From assembly GCF_009914755.1 (NCBI RefSeq), contig NC_060947.1: DNA of 64,000 nucleotides. The stretch is one strand, 5' to 3'. Under the pieces are notes generated by a model that saw only the letters and a program-made list of their open reading frames with translations, was not told where the DNA came from and ran no database searches. A program made the translations under genes and the position numbers. Below are positions 1 through 9,111 of this stretch, one piece after another (the stretch's first letter is position 1; every line of letters begins with the position of its first letter). The stretch comes from the human T2T-CHM13v2.0 reference genome, Homo sapiens.

Positions 1-324
1 CTGGGCAATGGCGGGCGGGAGTGGGGCACTTTTCATCCTGCCTTTGCTTTTTCTTATTTCCTAACCTCCACAACTCCCTCAAGCACAAATGAAACTTGAA
101 CAAAGATAGAAGAAAAGAACCATTTACACTCACTGAAGCCTTGCCCCAGAACATTCTTATGGCCACAGTATAATAGAATAAATCAGAACCCACTTTCATA
201 ACTGATGTTTCCCGTGAACAGAATATTGTGCTATGAGCTAAGGAATGTATAGTGTATATAGATCCTGCTCTATTCCAAACTGTAGGATATTTAGTCTTTC
301 CTGACATCATTTTTTTTCTCACAG

Positions 325-441
325 GGTGGATGATTTTATATATCCATTAAAAGTTGTCTGTGAAAAAGCCCTGTCTCAGCACTTCAGCTATTTGTCTAAT
401 GTTGCAATTGAAGAGGCAATGAAAGCAGGAATAGCTCTCAG
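325..441 (+). other. Candidate 117-bp internal exon with an open frame (VDDFIYPLKVVCEKALSQHFSYLSNVAIEEAMKAGIAL)
   Basis: Branch-like CTGAC at 301, then TTTTTTTTCTCACAG acceptor; phase2-phase2 frame without stops; donor CAG|GTGCTA is weak. Confidence 0.35.
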
Positions 442-699
442 GTGCTATTGGGCTATGAGGCAACAATGATAAGCAAGCTTTTGATAATATAAGTTTTGAT
501 ACATTATACCAACCTTCTCACTGAAAAACATTAAAAACAAAACAAATCCAAACAAAACAACTGGACAAAATATAAGCAAGTAAACAAACAAATAAGCAAG
601 CGAGCAACATCATCTGAGATGCTTAAAAGTACTAACACAGTAGAAGCGAGTTAGTGAGCCAAGATCAAGGGGAAGAGAGATGAGAGAGGTGAGCCTGAA

Positions 700-1530
700 G
701 TGTGACCCAACAATTTCACTTCATGAAGTATACCCTACATATTGAAGTGCTTATGACCATCAGGGCACATACACAAGAGAGTTATTAGGTGAACTGTTTA
801 TAATTACAGATAACTGGAAATGACCCTGTTGTCCCTCAACAAAAGAATTGATAAACTCTGATATATTTATATAATGAAATTAGGTACACCAATTGAAATG
901 GTTTAACTGCAGTTAAATACACTGGTGTTCTGACTAATGTTTAACGACTGGCTTTTGGAAAGAAAACACTGATTTGTTATATGTGACCATTTTCATGGTG
1001 TAAATGCCCCTACTGTGGCCAAATTCAAGCTACCAATATAATGTTACTAAACATAAGCTGAGAAAAAATACATAGAATCAGCTCTCACAAACTGGTATGC
1101 ACCAGCTCCAGTACACCACTGGCTAAACATCATTATATAGGTGAATTTGACAAGTTTTAATGTTGAGCATAAAAATCAAGAAAGAAAAAAATACATAAGT
1201 ACAAATCTACTAATATAAAATTCAAAAACAGGTAAAACTAAAAGATAAATCTATTTTTATAAAAAGGAAAACAATGTAGAGGTGGTAAAAGTATGAAGAG
1301 AAGGAATTTTAAAATACTGAAAAAAACAGGATGGTAGTTGACTTGTGCATATGTTTGTGGTTGAGGAAACAGTGGATTATTATCTGAAAGGAGTACACAG
1401 GAAGTTTCTGGTGATTTTCTATTTCTTGACCTTTGGAGTATTTAAACAGTGTTTGTTTTACAGCAAGTTGTTAAGCCATATATTTAGGTTTTATGCAATT
1501 TTCTCTCTGTTATATTGCGCAATATTTTTA
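700..1530 (+). mobile_element. Old L1M (L1ME-like) 3' end fragment, interrupted by MER63
   Basis: Degenerate similarity to L1 ORF2 end/3'UTR (AACTGGAAATGACCC..GTCCCTCAACAAAAGAATTGATAAACT). Confidence 0.6.
920..1121 (-). mobile_element. MER63A-like hAT-Blackjack DNA transposon (non-autonomous)
   Basis: TIRs CACTGGTGTTCTG / CCAGTACACCACTG; 8-bp TSD GTTAAATA/GCTAAACA; ~200 bp. Confidence 0.75.
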
Positions 1531-1944
1531 AATGATGAAAGGGATTCTTTTGTCAAAAAGGTGCTATAAAGCATCAAGGAGCTTTTCTAAATACCACCAA
1601 GGGAGCTAGGAACTGACTCTTGTAATTTAACTCAGTTAAGGGGTTCTCTCAACTAAATTTCCTCACATTTCCACAAGGTACATGAAAACTGCCAGAGTTA
1701 ATGGTAAATTTCTTATAAAACAAAAAGATACACAAAAGTCAAAGCATTATTTCCAGAGTTAGACATTTTAACATAGATGCATTTTTACTTTATATTTTGT
1801 TTCAATTACAGGGGAAAAAAATACCTCTTGTATCATCATTCAAAACCTATTTTTATTCTTGCTTTCATAATCAAAAATCTGTATATATGTAAGTATAGAA
1901 AGAGAAAAATGGAGAGAGAAAGAGTAGATAAAAACACCATTATA

Positions 1945-2109
1945 TTATTTATTTATTTATCTGAGATAGGGCCTCATTCTGTCACCCAGGTTAGAGTGAA
2001 GTGGCACAATCATAGCTCACTGCCGTCTCGAACTCTTGGGTTCAAGGGATCCTCTTGCTTCAGCCTCCCAAGTAGCTGGGACTACAGGCATTTGCCACCA
2101 TGCTCAGCC
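1945..2109 (-). mobile_element. Alu monomer (FRAM/AluJ right-arm-like)
   Basis: Single-arm Alu sequence with T-rich tail at left. Confidence 0.85.
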
Positions 2110-2613
2110 TCATTATTTCTATCATTAATTTTGCAACCATCTTTTGTTATGCAAAAGTCTGAAGTACAAGAAACTAATAACTGGCTGTATTAAAATGGTC
2201 TGTAGAAACTATTTCCTGAAGATAATTTCCAGATATTAACAGATCATTGTTTAAACAGCGAAGTGGGCATTAACACATTGCATCACAAAGACTATTTCAG
2301 CTAGCATTTATCGCCTTCAATGTGAGGATGGTGATGAGGTTAGAACTTAAACAGAACAAACTACAGTGTAGGAAAAACACTCTGGAAATAATCTAATCCT
2401 ACCTTCCACTTATTAAAGAGATCATGTCAACTTCATCCCTAAAACAGACAGATAGTCCTCCTATTTCTACCTAAACACTTGACATGGAGAATGTACCACC
2501 TCTGAAGAGCTCCTTAGTAGATAAAAGGATATCTTTACCTCCTTGGTCTTGGTTCTCTGGTTCTTTTTTAAAAAAGTAAATAAAAGTGAAAAAGAAAAGG
2601 ATGGAAGTTAATC

Positions 2614-2619
2614 TTTATT
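2614..2619 (-). terminator. Polyadenylation signal AATAAA with downstream U-rich element
   Basis: Minus strand reads TGTAAATAAAGATTAACTTCCATCCTTTTCTTTTTCACTTTT. Confidence 0.55.
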
Positions 2620-2973
2620 TACAGAAAACTGCAAATAATTTGTATTCCACACAGAAATTTAGAAATCCATTCATAGGACAAGCATCATAGAGTATGTACA
2701 GTTTGTAACTGTTCAAATATAGCTTCTTGTAAAAAGTGTTACAATAACAAACCACATTTAAAAGAAGTTCTTAGTAGAGAAATGGTAAGACAAACTTATA
2801 CCAGACATAGTACACACTGGTTCTAACTTCTGAGAGTGCACAGAGAAAGTGTACTCTCTTTTCAATACTAGCCCTTCATACACTTGAAGAAATGACCTCA
2901 GCACTCCCTGGGAAACCTCCCCAGTTTCTTCACACACACTGCCTGTGACGGCATTTTTAGACCTTTTGAATTT

Positions 2974-2990
2974 CTTGCCATCTGGTGGAG
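2974..2990 (-). promoter_or_regulatory. CTCF core motif match
   Basis: Minus strand CTCCACCAGATGGCAAG versus consensus CCACCAGRKGGCR. Confidence 0.45.
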
Positions 2991-4010
2991 AATTTTTCCC
3001 AGCATTATTGCATAGACACTAAAACAGTAGCTTTTTTAGTACCCAGAGACTTCGAAAAACTACATTTCCATACTAATTCAAATCGTAAGGCTCCAATAAC
3101 CTCTAATTTTATAGTGAATATTCATAAACATTTATACTGTGTTCAGTATAATGGAATGAGATTTTAAAAATTCATTTTCATTCTCCAGTGGAAAGCAGCT
3201 CCAAAAATTTAGGAACTAGTCCACCAGAGTGGACACAATTTATGAGTAACAGTTCTAAATTGCTTGGATGTTTGTCATGTCTGAGTTGAAAAATGCAAAT
3301 GAACATGTTGCTAGTTCCATAAATCTGGTACAAGAATATTTTATATTTGCATTGAGAAAAACATCTTCTACTGTTTTAAAAATAAGTCAGCACAGAATAA
3401 GACTAGATATCCGCTCTAAAAGAAAACAAAGAAACAAACAATAATCCCTCTTGGTTTACTACTTTTCATATGTTCTAATTGGTAATTAGATATTAAAAGT
3501 GAATAGATGTGACTCCTAATCTTCAGAAATATCAGATAAAACAGTTATTCTCTTTGAGTTAATATGCATCTTTAGATAAAATCTATGAAGTCACTAAAAT
3601 ATTCTTACCAGCCTTTTAATATTTACTTCAGTTATTATGCAACAAACCCAAACATATGGCAAACTGTACATGTATTCCAAAGGAAATACGAAGTGATATT
3701 TTTGAATTGTTTCCTCTATAAATGTGTTACTCAAAATATCCAGATCAATATAGTGTGTTGCATACAAGCAGGAAAAGCAGAATCTAAATTCAATACTGGT
3801 AAAGAATTATATTCAAACTGGTTTTTAGGTTGCGAATACACAAGAGAAGAAATGCCCAATTGCTCATCTCTTTATACTTTGAAATAATTTCTGTCAGTAG
3901 TACAGCATGAACCAAGCCAATTTAAATATAAAAATGACTCATTTTTTCTTGGATGGCAAAAATAGGTTCAATCATTTCTGTGTCATCATTAAATTAATCT
4001 ACATATTTAC

Positions 4011-4102
4011 CTTTCTTCAACATGCTTCTGTGTACCTGTTGAACTGGATCAGTGATTACAGGCTTCGTAAAACATTGCTGCTGGTATGTTTGCCATTTTC
4101 AC
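4011..4102 (-). other. Candidate 92-bp penultimate exon
   Basis: Branch point CTCTAAC + GCCCTCTTTTAG|G acceptor; donor AAG|GTAAAT; one frame ends ENGKHTSSNVLRSL* (TAA 4058-4056). Confidence 0.6.
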
Positions 4103-4529
4103 CTAAAAGAGGGCGTTAGAGTGACATATTTTAGCTATGTCATTATGTGTACTACGTGTAGATCACAACATTTTGTTTTCAATAGTTCTTTACGGTTTTA
4201 CCAATTGTTTTCAATATAGTAAGATGGATGCATATCAGGTAGGATCTCCTATAAAAGATGAATATCGCTGGTATCAGTCACATGAGGAAGGGCAGCCTTA
4301 GGAAGAGAGTAGAAGTAACTCCTGTTGCTTTTTCAGACTCTTTAGAGCCTTTGAGGACACTCCAGAGCAAAAGGAGAAGGATGGCACTTGACACATGAAA
4401 TAACTTAAGTAGAAGAAGCAAAGATTAAGATAAATAAGCCTTACTGTATAAGCAATGTGTTCATGCTATATTTCTCCCAGGGATTTCTTCCTTTTGCTAT
4501 CTATGGATCTGAACAAAATCTTGGAGCAG

Positions 4530-4762
4530 GATAGAGTAGTCTTACAAGGACAGACTTTGGAGTCACACTGCCTGGGCTGCGATCCTGGCTTGGCACTTCC
4601 TGAGTAAACTTGAGCAAGTTACTTCACTATTCTGTGTCTTGTTTCCTGATAATTTTAGGACCTACTCTCCTCATGTTTGTGTGAGGATTACATGAGTTAA
4701 TATGCATAAAGTGTTTAGATAGTACTTACTATGTGTCAGGCGTTGTTTTAAATGCTAGCTAT
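4530..4762 (+). mobile_element. MIR SINE
   Basis: GACTTTGGAGTCACACTGCCTGGG..TTGAGCAAGTTACTT..GTGAGGATTACATGAGTTAATATGCATAAAGTG. Confidence 0.85.
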
Positions 4763-6149
4763 TCAGTATTTCATCTTACTCTCAAGTGTGATTTGCAGTA
4801 TTTTAGAAGGAGCCATGAGTTCATTTTTGGGAGAGCAACACTCCTTGGGTCAGAACATTGACAGCAGAAATTACTGAGATCCCATTAGGAAGGTGAATAT
4901 TGGAGGTAAATGTTGGTGCTACAGAGTCCATCTTTTTTTTTTTCAAGTGAAGATTGTCTCTCCATTGCTAAAATTGAAAGTATAGTGTTTTAATTATATT
5001 AGGAAGACATTGGATTAACTTACAAGCTCTTAATTTAGTAAATATGTGTCAAGTATTTGTTATGTGTGGAGCAGTATGCCGAATGCTAGAGACACTTACA
5101 ATTTGTTAATCATGTACACTTTATGTTGCAAGCTTCTATAACACAGGAACTATGTCTTATTATTTTTGTATTCCATGAAAAACTGTATTCATAAAAGGAG
5201 AATAATAAATATTTTTAAAGCTTAATACATCATTTAAGTATAAATTGACAAATATATGAGCATTTTGTTCACTTGCATTGATTATTTATATTGCAATTCT
5301 AGAAATATATGTGCCTATGATTCAGTTGGAGAAATATGATGGCTGAATAAATTCAGTTCTTCAAAGATATCAAGAATTTGTTTCACCGACAAATGTCAGG
5401 CTCTGATAGACTTCTCTGTTTGGGCATCCTCCTTCTCCCCCGCCCCTGTGCCCTACCAAGTGACACCCACCTGCAGGGTTCTATCAATACTAGCTGAGTT
5501 TGGAATTAGTTGAGGTACTCTACTCTCACATCAAATGGAGTTCACCATCAGGCAAAATTCAGCGACCACAGATTCCCAGAGTGTTTCTTTGGTTCACGAG
5601 CTGTAATTCTCTGCCCTGTCTCCCAGTTTAGAGAATGAGGCTTCTTCAGTGGGTTTGTTCAAGCAATCTTTTTAGGCACCTAATACTCTCTTGAGCTTGA
5701 GAACCTGCCTTACACTTGCAGTTCTCCTTTTCTAGACAGTGGGATTACAATCTTAACACAGAAGCTGTGGCTTCTGATTCAGAATGGCCAACTTGCCTCT
5801 CTGCCTGACCTTATAAGGACCAAGACTCCTTGACATATTAATTGCTCTGCTTGTTAGACCACTCACTCTCACCGTAGCCTTCCTCTCAGGCTCCAATACC
5901 TTATATCCACCACTGTCAATCATGTACTGAAAACAGCAATTGCCCTTACCCTTGAATGTCATACTTGCCACCAGGTCTGAGCTTGGGCTGTTACTTCCAG
6001 CCCCTACCTAGAGTAGCCATTTTGATTAGCAACCCACAATGCTCATAGCAAATACCAACATATGACAACATGATTTTTCCTTAATAAATTACTATCTTTT
6101 TGCCTCACTAGAATTCTTATTTCTTTAGGCAAGAATAAAACAAAGCAAA

Positions 6150-6404
6150 CCTTTACCGATGAGGGATGAGAAATGGTGGATAAATATGTCAGCCTCCCCA
6201 TCTTCTGGGGACATCAGTTCTGAAACATATTTCACATAGTTTCTCAGAGGGATTCCCAGTGGGGTTAAAGTTCCAATTGTTGATAAATGTGCTACCCCCA
6301 TTAATGCATTCTTATTTTGTTCTTCCAGGGATCAACTCCCAAATAAACTACCTGTACCCAAGTTCTTGTCTCAAGATCTGCTTAAAGGAATCCAAATTAA
6401 GACA
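6150..6404 (+). mobile_element. LTR16-family (ERVL) LTR, 3' part
   Basis: End motif CCCAAATAAACTACCTGTACCCAAGTTCTTGTCTCAAGATCTGCTT..CCAAATTAAGACA. Confidence 0.7.
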
Positions 6405-6552
6405 TCTTTCAAATTGTGTGAAACCAAAATTATTTTGTTCCCTTTCAGTTATGATAACATATCTGAAGAGACCTTTCTGAGAACATTTTTTTAGCATAGT
6501 ACAAACACATCCTGTTTCCAAGGAACTGATAATACTCAAATTTAAATACATA

Positions 6553-6680
6553 CTGCACCAGCCAGGTTTTTCATTACAAATAACTATTTCATCTTTAGCA
6601 GAAAATGAATTTATTCAAGAAGTACCAAGAGATGAAATAATTGATAAGAATACTGAAGAATTGGGCTCAGCCAATACGAA
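6553..6680 (-). mobile_element. Old MLT1-type (MaLR) LTR fragment
   Basis: TTTAGCAGAAAATGAATTTATT resembles the MLT1 terminal region. Confidence 0.4.
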
Positions 6681-7047
6681 AATTTGTTGGAATCATAGTA
6701 ATTCTGGGTGCTTTTCTCCAAAATTTGCGTGCCTTTCTTTTATTATCTTGCTAGTGCTGGAGTTTCCATCAGCAAATGAAATGTTGTAACACAAAATACA
6801 GCATGTAATGTATCCTATGAATTATTTTTAGAATATACAACATACATTCAGAAACAGCATATATTATCCACAGTTGCCGTAAATGTAGCAACTAAAAGTA
6901 TAAAAAGAGGGCTAGATTCAGAGTGCCAGAGACGGCTTTTGTATTTGATGGGCTAGAAGTCAAGGTGGGGCTGGACAAAACCAAACTTCTGGGCTCCTTT
7001 GATGTGAATTCATCAATTGTGCTCTAAGTATGGTACAATAGGGAACC

Positions 7048-7050
<3 letters not shown>

Positions 7051-7084
<34 letters not shown>
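7051..7084. repeat. (CA)n microsatellite
   Basis: Direct reading. Confidence 0.95.
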
Positions 7085-7086
<2 letters not shown>

Positions 7087-7239
7087 TGTGTGTCTATGCA
7101 TATAATTCTTTAAAGGAGAACTTTGGTCTTCCTAAATAATAGTGCAGAGGATCAGAGATACAAATGTCTTTTCCCTACATTACTCCATTTTCATGTGATT
7201 TCTACAAGAGATTTTCTACTTTTTTTTTTACTTGGCTTT

Positions 7240-7640
7240 ACCAAATTTCTATTGATGTTGAAAGGAACTCCATGGTGGCTCAGAGGAAAACAAGAAGAAA
7301 TGGCCCCTCAGAGTTGAGAGAGATCACTGGCCTTTCTCTCCAGTCCTATCAGGTCCTGCTATCTAATTTTTTATGCTTTTGCTCAGTGTCTCTCAGGATA
7401 CTGGACTTTCCAGCTTCTCTCTCCCACAGAATATTTGTGTTTCAGTTTACTTTGCCTGGGCATAGCAGTTTGCATTTTCCCCTGGTTGAATTTAATTTTT
7501 TTTCCTGCCCTGACTGTAACCTTTCCAAGACCAAAAGAAAGATTTCTCTGTTTTTGCTGGTCAAGGCAACACCTTCCAATTTAGTATCTTCTGTGGATTT
7601 AATTATCTCTGTTTACACGACAAGATATTGCTTCAATTCA
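7240..7640 (-). mobile_element. L3/CR1 LINE fragment
   Basis: Minus strand GAAGATACTAAATTGGAAGG..AAATTCAACCAGGGGAAAATGCAAA resembles the CR1 RT region (ADDTKLGG..MKFNxxKCK). Confidence 0.6.
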
Positions 7641-7817
7641 ATAAGGTGCTGTTTGTCATTCTCTTCTGTTAATTTTTTCTCTCTGCCCTTTAAATTCATT
7701 TTAGTCTCTATAACAGTATTTAATTAATTTTTCAAGGACTATTTCTCGATTCAATATCGTAACTGTGATTAGCAGGGAGTCAGACTGCAATGGCATTTGT
7801 CAAAGTTATAGACTCAC

Positions 7818-7893
7818 AACTAATTCTGCTCATTTTGACAGTTTCGTATGTCATTGATTGATAATAAGATTGCTTATACAAAACCTTGGCATT
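7818..7893 (-). other. Candidate 76-bp exon (open frame NAKVLYKQSYYQSMTYETVKMSRIS)
   Basis: Acceptor TTTATTTATTGTTCTAG|AAT; donor GTT|GTGAGT; ends in phase 1, compatible with the 4102 exon frame. Confidence 0.45.
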
Positions 7894-8134
7894 CTAGAAC
7901 AATAAATAAATATTGATGAAAGAAAAGAAGCACCCACAGTGCAAATTAAATCACAATATCTAATTGGCTTCATAACCCTAAAATGAATGTGATATAAAAT
8001 ACCATCCCCATCATATACTAGAATAAAAATAAACAACAATAAACAAAAACAATAATAATAGCAATAATAATGAAAATGAATATGTAAGACTCAATATAGT
8101 CTACTGGTTTTCAGGGTTATTTTAGTGTCTTTTT

Positions 8135-8578
8135 AAAACCTTTATTAAAGTACAATTTACATATAGAAAAGCACACAAGTTATAAGTATGACGTTCAATG
8201 AATTTCCCAGACTTAATCTGCCCACGTACTTAGCACCAAGTTTAAGAAACAACTTAGCACAATGGCAGCTCCCTTCATGATCTCTTCATGCCACTCCCCT
8301 GCTATAGGAAAACCACTATACTAACTTCTAATAATACAAATTAATATTTCTTGTCTTGGTATTTTATACAAATGTAATAAAACAGTATACATTTTGTGCC
8401 TGGTTTCTTTTATTTAACATTATATTTGTGAGATTCACCTACACTGTTGCATGGTGTTATAAATTGTTCCTTCTCATTACTGCAAAGAATTCAATTCAAT
8501 TGTGTGAATATACCACAATTTCTTTATTCACTTTAGTTCTGATGAGCATATGAGTAGTTACCATTTTTGGCTGTTTTT
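8135..8578 (-). mobile_element. Old L1ME-like 3' end, host of the L1PB insertion; continues at 16472-16500 and 17049-17210
   Basis: TTTATTAAAGTACAATTTACATATAGAAAAGCACAC.. L1M 3'UTR; sequence resumes collinearly after the L1PB and the LTR. Confidence 0.7.
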
Positions 8579-8674
8579 TTTGAAGAATTTAATTTTAAAG
8601 GAATCTTTATTTTGACAAGTTATTAGTAACTCAACATTACAAACTGTGTGACCCTGAGTATAATACAAAACATA

Positions 8675-9071
8675 TTTCTTTTTAAAATTTTATTTCAATA
8701 GTTTTGGGTAACAGGATAAGTTCTTTAGTGGTGATTTCTGAGATTTTGGAGCACCCATCACCCAAGCAGTGTATATGTATCGAATGTGTAATCTTTTATC
8801 CCTCACGCCCCTCCCACCCTTCCCCTGGAATCCCCAAAGTCCATTGTATCATTCTTATGCCTTTGTATCCTCATAGCTTAGCTCCCACTTATAAGTGAGA
8901 ACATACAATTTTTGGTTTTCTATTCCTGAGTTACTACACTTATAATAATGGTCTCAAACTCCATGCAGGCTACTACTAATGCCATTATTTTGTTCCTTTT
9001 TATGACTGAGTAATATTCCATGGTATATATATATACACACAATATATATACAACATATATATGTGTGTGTG

Positions 9072-9111
<40 letters not shown>

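Larger units (their letters stand above)
2598..3415 (-). other. Candidate terminal (3'UTR) exon of a minus-strand transcript
   Basis: Strong acceptor GTTTGTTTCTTTGTTTTCTTTTAG|AGCGG at 3416/3415; AATAAA at 2619-2614 followed by a U-rich tract; no recognisable repeat. Confidence 0.55.

Noticed and set aside
4530-4762. tRNA-like sequence
   Set aside because: MIR SINE; no cloverleaf or intact tRNA gene seen anywhere in the window
7164-7727. Longest ORF in the track (187 aa)
   Set aside because: Antisense to an L3/CR1 remnant, F/S/L-rich, no recognisable domain
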